A DNA stretch of 32,000 nt, taken from the NCBI RefSeq assembly GCF_004365815.1, contig NZ_SODD01000011.1, positions 27,694-59,693 of the forward strand, in the 5' to 3' direction. The stretch is from Breznakia blatticola (GTDB lineage: Bacteria > Bacillota_I > Bacilli_A > Erysipelotrichales > Erysipelotrichaceae). Numbering within the stretch: the first letter of the stretch is position 1; each line of letters starts with the position of its first letter. A program made the translations under genes and the position numbers. The notes under the pieces are model-generated. The model was given only the letters and a program-made list of their open reading frames with translations. It was not told where the DNA came from and searched no databases. Of the stretch, positions 1-9,555 are shown piece after piece.

Positions 1-1
1 T

Positions 2-598
2 AAAGAATGGTTAATCTTTGGTGGAATCGTAGTTGTCGCTGCAGTTGTGCTATTCTTATATCTATTTTATTTCAATCAACTATTATTTGTAAAAATATTT
101 GGTGATAGTTATAAAGTTAAACGTATCTATGGTTGGCTATATCCTGAAGAATATTCAACTGGTGTTGGTTTACAACTATACTCATCCCTACTTGCAATGG
201 GTTCTGGTGGTTTATTTGGACATGGTTTCCAAGCCAGTCTTATCAGTTTTCCAGAACCACATACAGATTTCATCTTCGCAGTTATTGGAATGAACTTTGG
301 ATTTATCGGTTGTTTATTTGTAGTTGGTTTATGTGTTGCTTTGGATGTACGACTATATATTATTGCATCCAGGTCAAAAAACAATATTGAGAAATTGATG
401 GTCATTGGTTTTCTAGCCATGTTCATCATTCAACAATTAGAAAACATTGGAATGGTTGTTGGTTTATTACCAATAACCGGAATCACTCTTCCACTTATTA
501 GTGCAGGTGGTTCTAGTATGTTATCCTTCATGATTGCCTTTGGTATTATTATGAATGCATCATTAAAAGCAAAAAAGTTATCAGACTATGTATATTAG
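2..598 (+). CDS. SEDS-family protein (FtsW/RodA/SpoVE), C-terminal part; 5' end lies upstream of the window
   Basis: The frame is open from position 2; the listed ORF merely starts at an internal GTG at 47. Multi-TM sequence carries SEDS motifs GGLFGHGF, PEPHTDFIF and LPITGITLPLISAGGSS. Confidence 0.85.
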   Translation, partial: KEWLIFGGIVVVAAVVLFLYLFYFNQLLFVKIFGDSYKVKRIYGWLYPEEYSTGVGLQLYSSLLAMGSGGLFGHGFQASLISFPEPHTDFIFAVIGMNFGFIGCLFVVGLCVALDVRLYIIASRSKNNIEKLMVIGFLAMFIIQQLENIGMVVGLLPITGITLPLISAGGSSMLSFMIAFGIIMNASLKAKKLSDYVY

Positions 599-614
599 TC
601 CGATAACTTTTTTT
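571..614. terminator. Bidirectional rho-independent terminator between convergent genes
   Basis: AAAAAAGTTATCaGA (571-585) pairs with TCcGATAACTTTTTTT (599-614). The A-tract and T-tract flanks give a U-run on either strand. Confidence 0.55.
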
Positions 615-1386
615 ATCTTCTAAACCAAGATTTTTTCTTCTTATAGAAAGGTTCATAGCTTTTCACTGCACTTTGACCAAAGTCACTTTGCAATTCAACC
701 ATATCTAAAAATTCACCTTTATCTAAATATTGTGGTGCTAAACGACCAATCTTAGGAAAATCAACTTCCTTTTGCGTTGTATCAACCACCATCAAATAAC
801 TACCTTCGCCATCTTTCATCATATATAGCAAGTATGCACTCGAAACACTTTTTAATGTTGGTAATAATTCTTTTACTGCATCAATGAGTTTCGTTGGATA
901 TTTCGCAGGAATTCCGATTTGCACAGAAGTTTCCTTTTCAACAACAACTTTTTTCGCACCAGATAACATATCTCTGGTAAATAAGAAATTCTCAGTAAAC
1001 GGATTAATGACAAGTCCTGCATATGCTTCATTTTTTACCACTAATGATTTTCCATCTTCAAAAGATACCATGAGTGTTTGTTGGCCTTCTTGTTTGAGCC
1101 ATTTACCTAATTCATTCCAATCGGTAAAGTAAGGCAGATAATATTCATTATTTGCATTTGTAATTCCCACAAAACTAATTGTTGAGCCTTTTTCTAATAC
1201 TGTTTGATTTCCATCTTGTTCTCTTGTTTTTGCATCCAGTTTTACTGGCACTAAAAATATCGCCTGTTCCAATTCTTGAAAAAATGCGAGTTCATTTTCT
1301 TTGGTTGGTTGCTCTTTCAACTGTTTCATACAAGCAACAAGCTTTGGATTGACCACCGGTTTATTTACATCATAATCTTCTCTCAT
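613..1386 (-). CDS. SseB-like family protein (function unknown)
   Basis: 257-aa ORF. The N-terminal region (NPKLVACMKQL...FLVPV...YLPYFTDWNELGKW) resembles SseB-family proteins as I recall them. No catalytic motifs recognised. Confidence 0.55.
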   Translation of the reverse strand: MREDYDVNKPVVNPKLVACMKQLKEQPTKENELAFFQELEQAIFLVPVKLDAKTREQDGNQTVLEKGSTISFVGITNANNEYYLPYFTDWNELGKWLKQEGQQTLMVSFEDGKSLVVKNEAYAGLVINPFTENFLFTRDMLSGAKKVVVEKETSVQIGIPAKYPTKLIDAVKELLPTLKSVSSAYLLYMMKDGEGSYLMVVDTTQKEVDFPKIGRLAPQYLDKGEFLDMVELQSDFGQSAVKSYEPFYKKKKSWFRR

Positions 1387-1423
1387 ACGTTTCCCTCTTT
1401 TACATCACTTATATGTATTATAA

Positions 1424-1453
1424 CGCAAAATAAGCCGACATGACTGTCGACTT
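1424..1453 (-). terminator. Rho-independent terminator downstream of rsmI
   Basis: Minus-strand RNA forms AAGUCGACA-GUCA-UGUCGGCUU (9 bp including one G-U) followed by AUUUUG. Confidence 0.6.
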
Positions 1454-1457
1454 ATCT

Positions 1458-2306
1458 TTATGCTTCATTATGGAATTCACGATACAAGTAATTCTTTGAA
1501 ACACCTTGTTCCTTTGCAACCTTTTTGATTGCTTCTTTACTGCTCATTCCGTTTTCCATATATTGTTCTACTTTTTCTTTTAGCAATGGTAAAGGCATGA
1601 CATCTTTTTCTTTGTCGCAACCTTCAATAACAACAACCATTTCACCTTTGATATCATCAACAACTTCAAGAACTTCACTGATCTTTCCACGAATAAATTC
1701 TTCATGCATTTTTGTTAGTTCTCTAGCTAAACAAATATTGCGATCTCCCAATACTTGTAAGCTTGTTGTTAACATCTTTTCAATACGATGTGGTGCTTCA
1801 TAGAAAATCATCGTATATGGAAGCCCTTTTACTTCTTCTAAAAATTTAGCACGTTTGTTTTCTGTTGCATCCATAAATCCATAAAATACAAATGGTTGTG
1901 GTATTAGCCCACTAGCTACAAGTGCATTTAAACATGCACTACTTCCAGAAATCGGTACGACATTGTATCCTTCAGCGATTACTTTCTCAACTAAAATATG
2001 TCCAGGATCAGAAATACACGGATATCCTGCATCACTAACTAAGGCAATATTTTTTCCTTCCTCAAGAAGTTTAAGAATTCCTTTTACACTTTCATTCTCA
2101 TTATGTAAATGATGTGCAATGATATTTGTATCAATGCCAAAGTGATGACATAGTTTTTTTGTATTGCGTGTATCTTCAGCAGCAATCACATCAACTTCTC
2201 TTAAAACTTCAATCGCACGTGGTGTCATCTCTTGTAGATTTCCTATTGGAGTAGCAACTACATAAAGCGTTGCTTTTTCATTATGAAAACTTTTTTGTCT
2301 AATCAT
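1458..2306 (-). CDS. rsmI: 16S rRNA (cytidine1402-2'-O)-methyltransferase
   Basis: LYVVATPIGNLQEMTPRAIEVLREVDVIAAEDTRNTKKL is a tetrapyrrole-methylase-fold RsmI signature. The gene sits in the conserved position after yaaT, with an 8-nt overlap. Confidence 0.9.
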   Translation of the reverse strand: MIRQKSFHNEKATLYVVATPIGNLQEMTPRAIEVLREVDVIAAEDTRNTKKLCHHFGIDTNIIAHHLHNENESVKGILKLLEEGKNIALVSDAGYPCISDPGHILVEKVIAEGYNVVPISGSSACLNALVASGLIPQPFVFYGFMDATENKRAKFLEEVKGLPYTMIFYEAPHRIEKMLTTSLQVLGDRNICLARELTKMHEEFIRGKISEVLEVVDDIKGEMVVVIEGCDKEKDVMPLPLLKEKVEQYMENGMSSKEAIKKVAKEQGVSKNYLYREFHNEA

Positions 2307-3126
2307 AAAGTTTTACATCCGGTAATAGAACATTGATATCTACAAACTGGATGTCCTCCTTATTTTCAATTTTCGCTTGTTTTAATAATAAGTTGTAACT
2401 TGTAATTCGATATTGTTTTCCATTGAACTCAATTCGTGAATTGATCTTTGGTAAATCTTTGCGCATTTCTGTATATAAGTTATCTTCATAGCGTAGACAA
2501 CATTTTAACTTTCCACATTGTCCTGATAACTTTTGAATATTCAGTGCCAACAATTGGTTTTTTGCCATGTTAATCGAAACCATTTCAAAATCACTCATAT
2601 ATCTTGAACAACATGTTTCTTGTCCACATTGCCCAAGACCACCAATCATTTTTGCTTTATTACGTGGTCCTACTTGACGTAGTTCAATACGGCAATGGAA
2701 AATTGATGCTAAACGTTTCAATAATTCACGGAAATCTACACGTTCTTCTGCAACATAAACAAAGGTAATCTTGCTTTGATCCAATGTATACTCTGCTTCA
2801 ATTAAATTCATATCTAGATTTAAGTTTTTAATTTCTGCATCACAAGTTTTTAGTGCTTCCTTTGCTTTTTCCTTATTTACCTCAAAACGCTCTTTATCCT
2901 TCTTGCTTGCTTTTCTAAGTATAGGCTTAAGTTCCATCTTTCCTTTATGTTCTTCGATTGAAACAACATCTCCAGAAACATGTGCCATCTCAATTCCACG
3001 AACGGTTTCAACGACAACTAAATCTCCAGATTGAAAATCATTTTGTGTTGCACCGAATGTATATGCACGTCCATGTTCTTCAAAACTAACTGGAACGACA
3101 TGTGTAAATGCATCTTTTTTACTCAT
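2299..3126 (-). CDS. yaaT: PSP1-domain protein YaaT/RicT (stage 0 sporulation protein family)
   Basis: 275 aa with a Cys-rich PSP1 region (GQCGQETCCSRY...SGQCGKLKCCLRYE). GGAGGTG SD upstream. Conserved position after holB. Confidence 0.85.
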   Translation of the reverse strand: MSKKDAFTHVVPVSFEEHGRAYTFGATQNDFQSGDLVVVETVRGIEMAHVSGDVVSIEEHKGKMELKPILRKASKKDKERFEVNKEKAKEALKTCDAEIKNLNLDMNLIEAEYTLDQSKITFVYVAEERVDFRELLKRLASIFHCRIELRQVGPRNKAKMIGGLGQCGQETCCSRYMSDFEMVSINMAKNQLLALNIQKLSGQCGKLKCCLRYEDNLYTEMRKDLPKINSRIEFNGKQYRITSYNLLLKQAKIENKEDIQFVDINVLLPDVKLYD

Positions 3127-3129
3127 CCT

Positions 3130-4089
3130 TTACACCTCCATTTCATATAAAAATTCATCCATCAATAAAGCGATATTTACCCCTTTACGATTTTTATCTT
3201 TCATTTGATTGCATACAACCATGAACTTTGTTGCTAATAAATCATCGATAGCATCCAATAATTGATCATAACTTGTAATCCCTGTATGTTGTTGCATCAA
3301 CTTATCCTTACCTAAACTCACTAACATTTCAAACATATATTTTGCGACTAAGCGAACATCACGTTTCCCTTTAGCGAACCCTTGTTGGATGAGTACGTTA
3401 ACATCACGATCCCGATTGCTTATTTTTTTCACAAACGTTTCAAATAGATAACGTGCATGCTGATACTCATCACTTTCTTCAATCGCAATAATGTTGGATA
3501 AATCCACTTGCATGTGGGAAAGTAAATATGCATCATACGCATCCATTTCTTCTTTTAATTGATCAAACACCGTTCCATCTTTTTGCTTATGAAAATGTAT
3601 CATTTGGCATCTTGATTTAATTGTATCTAGCAATTGATCTGGATGCTCAACTAATAAAATTGCCATAACTGGACTGGTCGGTTCTTCCAAAAATGTCAGC
3701 AAACTATTTAATGCACTTGGTGTTGTGTTTTCTGCATGATCAATAATATAGATCTTCATTCCTACACTTTCCAAATTGGTTTTAGCAAATTCTTCTTTTA
3801 GTTTTATCACATCATCTTTTTTGATCGATGTTGTAGTTCCATCTAAATAAATAAAATCTGCATAGTTGTGGTGCATGATTCTTTGACAAGTATCACATGT
3901 CTCATCAGCAAACCCCACACTCTGACAAACCAAACTTTGTGCAAGTAACATCGCGGTTTCTTTTTTTGGTGTATTTTGATCTCCAACAAACATATATGCA
4001 TGTGCCAAACGATCATTTAATAATGCATTTTCAAGCACTTGATATACTCTTGGTTGTTCGCGTTTTAAACGTTCTTTAAACATGATCAA
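3130..4089 (-). CDS. holB: DNA polymerase III subunit delta'
   Basis: The N-terminus RLAHAYMFVGDQNTPKKETAMLLAQSLVC with a CxxC zinc module (CDTCQRIMHHNYADF) is typical of HolB. It overlaps the tmk stop by 14 nt. Confidence 0.85.
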   Translation of the reverse strand: MIMFKERLKREQPRVYQVLENALLNDRLAHAYMFVGDQNTPKKETAMLLAQSLVCQSVGFADETCDTCQRIMHHNYADFIYLDGTTTSIKKDDVIKLKEEFAKTNLESVGMKIYIIDHAENTTPSALNSLLTFLEEPTSPVMAILLVEHPDQLLDTIKSRCQMIHFHKQKDGTVFDQLKEEMDAYDAYLLSHMQVDLSNIIAIEESDEYQHARYLFETFVKKISNRDRDVNVLIQQGFAKGKRDVRLVAKYMFEMLVSLGKDKLMQQHTGITSYDQLLDAIDDLLATKFMVVCNQMKDKNRKGVNIALLMDEFLYEMEV

Positions 4090-4705
4090 TTACTTCTTTC
4101 ACCTTTCGATATGTATCTGCATATACAGCTTCAACATTTTGATTTGCATCAATGACAGTAATTCGTTTTGGATACAATTTAGCGACTTCATCATACCCCT
4201 TTGCAACTAGGTAATGAAAACTTTCACTTTCTTGATCCAAGCGATCTAAGTGTTTTCTTGATGCAATTCGTTGCAATCCATTTTCAGGATCCACTTTCAA
4301 TAATAAGGTTGCATCAGGCATTGTATCTGCAATTGCAAATTGATTCATTTGATAGATTTCTTCAATCCCAAGACCTCTAGCTACCCCTTGGTATGCTAAT
4401 GACGAATCAATAAAACGATCACATAACACAATCATTCCAGCTTCTAGTGCAGGAATCACTTTTTCAACTAAATGTTGACGACGTGCAGCAGCATAAAGTA
4501 ATGCTTCTGTTCGCGCATCCATTGCAGTATGTTCAGGATCAAGAATTAATTCTCGAATTTTTTCAGCAATCTCAATCCCACCAGGTTCTCTGGTTTGAAT
4601 CACATCGTATCCTTCTTCAATTAACTGCTCATATATTTTTGTAGAAATCGTTGTTTTTCCACAACCTTCATTTCCTTCAAATGTTATAAATGTACCTTTT
4701 TGCAT
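4076..4705 (-). CDS. tmk: dTMP (thymidylate) kinase
   Basis: P-loop FITFEGNEGCGKTT plus DRFIDSSLAYQG. Start trimmed to the ATG at 4705 (MQKGTFITFEG), which follows a GAGGT SD. The longer listed ORF (to 4867) adds 54 non-homologous residues and overlaps the divergent gene. Confidence 0.9.
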   Translation of the reverse strand: MQKGTFITFEGNEGCGKTTISTKIYEQLIEEGYDVIQTREPGGIEIAEKIRELILDPEHTAMDARTEALLYAAARRQHLVEKVIPALEAGMIVLCDRFIDSSLAYQGVARGLGIEEIYQMNQFAIADTMPDATLLLKVDPENGLQRIASRKHLDRLDQESESFHYLVAKGYDEVAKLYPKRITVIDANQNVEAVYADTYRKVKEVIDHV

Positions 4706-4837
4706 ACATACCTCACGTTCACTGATTATTATACCATTTTTCTTTCTGCTTTTACGTATTAAAGCGTAAAGATACATTATGATAGTTGAGAGTTGAAATC
4801 TTTGTGCTAAAATAATACCTATGAATGGAGAGTACTT

Positions 4838-5665
4838 ATGAACTATATCGCAGATTTCCATATTCATTCGCTGTTTTCGAATGATTCTGAAGAACGCTTA
4901 GAAAATATTATTGAACAAGCGAAAGCTAAAGGTGTTAAGGAAATATGTTTTACTGAACATGTGGATTATGGAGTAAAATTCGACCATGATGATCCTGAAC
5001 ATCCAAATGTGGATTCAACACAACGTAATGTTGATTACCCTTTATATATGAAAACATTGACACAACTACAACAAGACTACAAAGATGAACTGACGATTCG
5101 TATCGGTTTAGAGTTTGGAATGCAACGTCATCGTATCGATACTTACCAAAAACTATACGATCGTTTAGATTTGGACTTTGTTATTTTATCTTGTCATGAA
5201 ATTGATGATAAAGAGTTTTGGACATATGACTACCAAAAAGGTAAGGATGAAGATGAGATGAGCATGGGATATTATGAAGAACTATATACCCTTGTAAACT
5301 CCTATAAAGATTATTCAATTTTAGGTCACTTAGACCACTTAGAACGCTATATTCCAAATCATTATCCCTTTGAAAAAAGCAAAGACATTATTACAAAAAT
5401 ATTAAAAATTGTTATTGCTGATGGAAAAGGAATTGAAGTCAATACTTCAAGTTTTGCCTATAAATTGCCTGATTTAACACCAGCACGTGAAATTCTTGAA
5501 CTATATTATGAATTAGGAGGAACTATTATTACACTTGGCTCTGATGCACATACTGCAAATCGAGTAGCGGATCACTTTGAAGAAGTAGCTACTATTTTAA
5601 AAGAAATTGGCTTTAGTCAATATTGTACATTTGAAAAAATGAAACCAATCTTCCATGCATTATAA
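4838..5665 (+). CDS. PHP-domain phosphoesterase, histidinol-phosphatase (HisJ) family
   Basis: N-terminal DFHIHSLFSND metal-binding motif, later HLDH and GSDAH motifs. GGAGAG SD. There are no other his genes nearby, so the substrate is uncertain. Confidence 0.7.
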   Translation: MNYIADFHIHSLFSNDSEERLENIIEQAKAKGVKEICFTEHVDYGVKFDHDDPEHPNVDSTQRNVDYPLYMKTLTQLQQDYKDELTIRIGLEFGMQRHRIDTYQKLYDRLDLDFVILSCHEIDDKEFWTYDYQKGKDEDEMSMGYYEELYTLVNSYKDYSILGHLDHLERYIPNHYPFEKSKDIITKILKIVIADGKGIEVNTSSFAYKLPDLTPAREILELYYELGGTIITLGSDAHTANRVADHFEEVATILKEIGFSQYCTFEKMKPIFHAL

Positions 5666-5697
5666 AACGAGAGATATTTAATGTCCCTCGTTTTTTT
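5665..5697. terminator. Bidirectional terminator between convergent genes
   Basis: AAAACGAGAG ... CCCTCGTTTTTTT hairpin with one mismatch and an 11-nt loop. T-run on the plus strand, UUUUAUAAU on the minus strand. Confidence 0.6.
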
Positions 5698-6745
5698 ATC
5701 GTCTTAACATTTCTGATACTACTAAACCAACGGTTTTCATAATTGCATCACGTTTTTCTTTTTCGACTTTTGTTAGTGAACGTAGTAACATAATTGATGT
5801 TTGTGGCCATGAGTCTGTTAATTGTGCTACATCAGTTATTTGATTATCCTCAAGTATTTCACTAAGACTTATTATAAATGTTTCACGTTCTTGATGTGTC
5901 AAACTAAGTAGAGCATCTCTTGCCTTTCGATTGATTTGATAGAAACGATTATCCAGTTGATCAAGATATATAAAGTCAGCATCCTCTATCATCCATGTAT
6001 ATAAATTATGTTGCAATAACCATCTCTCATTACTTTTCACTATGCGATAGTTCTCTTCATTTTCAAAAAACAAACCAAAAAATGTTGCTTGTGTAACAAA
6101 CTTATAATAGCGATTTTGAATAGGTTCAAGTGATTCAATACTTTGTAAAGCTGGTCCATCAAAATTATAGATCGCTTGAATTTTTCGTTGTACTTTTTTA
6201 TTTGCATGTAACGATGCATAGGTGGCAATACTTCCACCTTTCGAATGTCCAATCACAATTGCTTTTTTAAATGGATATTTAAGCATTTGTTCAAGATAAA
6301 GTACACCATCTTGTTGCGCAGGAACAGCTGGATACAATAACATATGTAAATCTTCTTTCCACCCTAATATGGAGGTGTCTGTTCCTTCAAATACAATGTA
6401 ATACATTTGTTTATAAGAAAACGTTAGTGCATGAAACTGTTCACACGTTTCTTCCTTGATAATTTTAGTTTCATTAATCAGTTGTATATTTTGATATCGC
6501 TTTGCATGAGCAAGTGCAAGTAGTAACCGTCGATTATCTTTCCCACTTAAATACCCTGCTTCTACTTCTTGTAAATCTAATAGATGCGCAATTTGTTTTA
6601 GCTTTGGTTTCTTATATACATCGCGTAATTCTTTATACTCAATATAACTGAGTTGAGCTAAAATTAGTGCATCAACATGCGTAAAAGGGAGTTCATTCAA
6701 ACTCCTGTTTTGATATTTTTGGATGTATCGAAAAATATCGGACAT
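5696..6745 (-). CDS. Mbeg1-like (DUF2974) alpha/beta-hydrolase family protein
   Basis: N-terminal FRYIQKY...FTHVDALILAQLSY and a lipase-type nucleophile elbow VIGHSKGGSIA, which is the typical DUF2974 layout. Confidence 0.7.
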   Translation of the reverse strand: MSDIFRYIQKYQNRSLNELPFTHVDALILAQLSYIEYKELRDVYKKPKLKQIAHLLDLQEVEAGYLSGKDNRRLLLALAHAKRYQNIQLINETKIIKEETCEQFHALTFSYKQMYYIVFEGTDTSILGWKEDLHMLLYPAVPAQQDGVLYLEQMLKYPFKKAIVIGHSKGGSIATYASLHANKKVQRKIQAIYNFDGPALQSIESLEPIQNRYYKFVTQATFFGLFFENEENYRIVKSNERWLLQHNLYTWMIEDADFIYLDQLDNRFYQINRKARDALLSLTHQERETFIISLSEILEDNQITDVAQLTDSWPQTSIMLLRSLTKVEKEKRDAIMKTVGLVVSEMLRR

Positions 6746-6766
6746 TTGATCAACTCCCTTTGTACA

Positions 6767-7735
6767 TTATACTTCTTGAATAACTGGTAATGCTGTTTCA
6801 GTGAACACTTTCTTTAATGATTCACATGACTTATCAAATTTTCCTTGGTCTACTTCATTTAGTGGTAATTTAATCACTTCTTTTACCCCTTTCCGACATA
6901 TAATTGCCGGTACACCAATGTATAGTCCTTTTTGACCATACTCTCCATTTTGATATGCACTTACTGGAATTACAATATCTTCATTATTTAAAATTGCGAG
7001 TACAATCTTATTTAATGATAAACCAATTCCATAGTTTGTGACACCTTTTAACTCGATAACTTCATATGCAGCATCACGTACTTCTTTATAAATATCTAAT
7101 AAATCGTTGAAGTCTTTTCCTTTTTCATCGATATAGTCAAGTAAGCTTTTGGCACCTACATAACAGTTTGTCCATGATACGAAACTTGAATCTCCATGTT
7201 CTCCTAAGATATATGCGTGAATACTTCTTGGGTTAATTCCCAAGTAATCACTCATTAAGAAACGTAAACGGGCAGAGTCAAGTGATGTTCCAGAACCAAA
7301 TACTTGGTTATGTGGAAGTCCAGTCACTTCTTGGGCAACACATGTTAATACATCTACTGGATTACTTGCGATAACAAGCACCCCATTAAAGCCACTTGCT
7401 TTGATTTCCTCACAAATTTCTTTCATAATTCGTGTGTTGATTGCAGTTAGCTCTAAACGTGATTGTCCAGGTTTTTGGTTTGCTCCTGCAGTTACCACAA
7501 TGATATTGGCATCCTTACACTCTTCATATCCACCTGACTTAATAACCATCTTTGAATTTGGAGCATATGGAAGCCCATGACTTAAGTCCATTGCTTCTCC
7601 TTTTGCTTTTCCTTCATTGACATCGATAAGCACAAGTTCATCAATACCATTCGCCATTAATAATGTATACGCCATACTCATTCCAACAGATCCTGTTCCT
7701 ACAAGTACAACTTTTCGATCTTTGATTGTTCTCAT
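6767..7735 (-). CDS. ldh: L-lactate dehydrogenase
   Basis: Rossmann motif KVVLVGTGSVGMSMAY, the substrate/catalytic region GEHGDS, and length 322 aa. AGGAGAAGGA SD. Confidence 0.9.
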   Translation of the reverse strand: MRTIKDRKVVLVGTGSVGMSMAYTLLMANGIDELVLIDVNEGKAKGEAMDLSHGLPYAPNSKMVIKSGGYEECKDANIIVVTAGANQKPGQSRLELTAINTRIMKEICEEIKASGFNGVLVIASNPVDVLTCVAQEVTGLPHNQVFGSGTSLDSARLRFLMSDYLGINPRSIHAYILGEHGDSSFVSWTNCYVGAKSLLDYIDEKGKDFNDLLDIYKEVRDAAYEVIELKGVTNYGIGLSLNKIVLAILNNEDIVIPVSAYQNGEYGQKGLYIGVPAIICRKGVKEVIKLPLNEVDQGKFDKSCESLKKVFTETALPVIQEV

Positions 7736-7820
7736 AATATCCTTCTCCTGTTCTTTACTTTATTGTACATGCTTCCTATCATTTCTACCAATGTTATGAA
7801 TTATCCTTTTTATTCCACTT

Positions 7821-7865
7821 AAAAAAATGAACCAGTTGAAGAATCTACATTTCCAACTAGTTCAT
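7821..7865 (-). terminator. Strong rho-independent terminator closing the pilus operon
   Basis: Minus-strand RNA AUGAACUAGUUGG-(loop)-UUCAACUGGUUCAU forms a 13-bp stem including 2 G-U pairs. It is followed by UUUUUUU (plus-strand A7 at 7821-7827). Confidence 0.75.
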
Positions 7866-7873
7866 CTATTAAT

Positions 7874-8572
7874 TTATGTAAGATTTTGTTTTTCTCTTTT
7901 TCTTGATTTATAGAGAACAAGTATTACGATAGCTGAAATGAGAATACAAGCTATGTAGTCTTTAGTTCGAGTTACATCTCCTGTATCAGGTTGTTTTCCA
8001 TCTCCATCAGAATATTGTTCATTACTTTTTTTGCCATCATTTTTATCATCAGTAGTATCATCTATTACAGTCTTTTTATATGTATTCACAAATTCTAATT
8101 TTTCAGGTTTTTCACCACTTCCATTATCTCCAATAATTTCAGCAATTAAATCTCCATCACGGTCCCATTTAATATATACGGTGAGTGTATATACTTTGGT
8201 ATCATATGTAAAATTCTTTAAGTCATCCATGTGAATTTGGTACAGTGAATATTTGTAAACACCAACATTTTCATATCGAATTACTCCGATATTCTTTTCC
8301 ATGTTACCTGTTAAGGAAAAGGTATAAGTTGATCCATCTTTACCATCAGGCAATGGAGCATTTTCACTTAATGCTTCCAGACAGTAATCAAAACTAAAAT
8401 CTTCAACATTTTTTGTAGTTTCTGTAGTTACGACTTGTCGTAACGGTAGAATAATCGAAACTTCTTTATTTGCGGCATACACATGCGTATTTTCTATCGT
8501 GTGGATTGCAGCAACAAAAAGCAACAAACAACATATAGAAAATTTAATCCATTTTTTTGTTACCTTCTGCAT
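7874..8572 (-). CDS. Small (ancillary/basal-type) pilin with one pilin isopeptide-linkage-type Ig domain and a C-terminal sorting signal
   Basis: Signal peptide (…THVYA/ANK). The domain pattern FSFDY..APLPDG...GVYKYSLYQI...YDTKVYTLTVYI...EFVNTY is typical of streptococcal-type pilin domains. C-terminus is QPDTG, then a TM helix, then KSRKREK. It is the last gene of the sortase operon. Confidence 0.7.
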   Translation of the reverse strand: MQKVTKKWIKFSICCLLLFVAAIHTIENTHVYAANKEVSIILPLRQVVTTETTKNVEDFSFDYCLEALSENAPLPDGKDGSTYTFSLTGNMEKNIGVIRYENVGVYKYSLYQIHMDDLKNFTYDTKVYTLTVYIKWDRDGDLIAEIIGDNGSGEKPEKLEFVNTYKKTVIDDTTDDKNDGKKSNEQYSDGDGKQPDTGDVTRTKDYIACILISAIVILVLYKSRKREKQNLT

Positions 8573-9533
8573 CCTCTATCCTTTCCGCTTCTTCTTGATC
8601 ATTTCTTCTTTTTCTACGTAACCATAAATACAATAATAAAAGTAATAGTAATAAAAGAATCAAAATCACAAATATACTAATTCCAAATAAACTGCTATTT
8701 GAAAAAGACGAATCATTATTCATCTCACTTATTTTATTGTCTGAGAATGAGTCTTTAAATATTTCATCCCCCAGTCGACCAACTAAAATATATCGTCCGT
8801 TTGTTGCATCGCTTGCACAAGTACTCAACAAGAGAATTCGATCACTTGTACTAACTTTAATATCTCGCGAATATGTTGAGATAGAAAGAAGATACGAAAG
8901 GTATTCTTCTTGTTGTTTTTTGTCTTTAATATCTGGATTATATAATCTAAGATCATATGCATCTGCTTCCACATACGCAAAAAACTCAATACCATAATCT
9001 TTACCACGAACAAATAAATTCCCATACTTATAAGTATCAAAAACTTTTTTATCCTGAAATTTATCTAGGTTTCCAAACATCGCATTTTTTTCAACATGAT
9101 GTCCATAGATAATACTATTGAAATCTGAAAAGTCTGGATTGTTGTTATAATCTAGATACAAACTTCCTGCTAGTGAAAAATCACCTTTTGCATTTATATT
9201 TAAATACTTCGAGTTATCTTTTGCTTGTGTAACAGGATAATCAACTTGAGTCCCATATACATTTAACCAAGCAATGACTTCATCATTTATTTCTTGAAGT
9301 TCTTCAAATGACGTCGTATCTTCACTTGTTGGTTTATATGCTTCATAATGGGTTGCACCTGCTTCTCCTACAACTTGGTTGTTATCCCATATGGAATAAC
9401 AACCAAATATCATAAGTAAGAGAAAAATGAACATTACTACATAATCAACTATTGTGCTAAAACCACGAATAATTTTAATTTGTCGTTCTTTTTTATCATC
9501 AATGAAAGCTTCTTTTTTATTTACATCTTTCAT
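8544..9533 (-). CDS. Class B sortase (pilin polymerase type)
   Basis: AWLNVYGTQVDYPVTQAKDNSKYL, SIIYGHHV (His), LLLSTCAS (Cys239) and GRYILVGR (Arg) match the class B sortase signature. There is an N-terminal TM helix plus an extra C-terminal TM helix with 9 consecutive Leu. Confidence 0.85.
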   Translation of the reverse strand: MKDVNKKEAFIDDKKERQIKIIRGFSTIVDYVVMFIFLLLMIFGCYSIWDNNQVVGEAGATHYEAYKPTSEDTTSFEELQEINDEVIAWLNVYGTQVDYPVTQAKDNSKYLNINAKGDFSLAGSLYLDYNNNPDFSDFNSIIYGHHVEKNAMFGNLDKFQDKKVFDTYKYGNLFVRGKDYGIEFFAYVEADAYDLRLYNPDIKDKKQQEEYLSYLLSISTYSRDIKVSTSDRILLLSTCASDATNGRYILVGRLGDEIFKDSFSDNKISEMNNDSSFSNSSLFGISIFVILILLLLLLLLLYLWLRRKRRNDQEEAERIEDAEGNKKMD

Positions 9534-9555
9534 ATGGATTTTGTCTTAAACAGAC

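Noticed and set aside
4706-4867. N-terminal 54-aa extension of the tmk ORF (listed start at 4867)
   Set aside because: The extension has no kinase homology and overlaps the divergent PHP gene start. An internal ATG at 4705 has a GAGGT SD and gives a canonical 209-aa Tmk that begins just before the P-loop.
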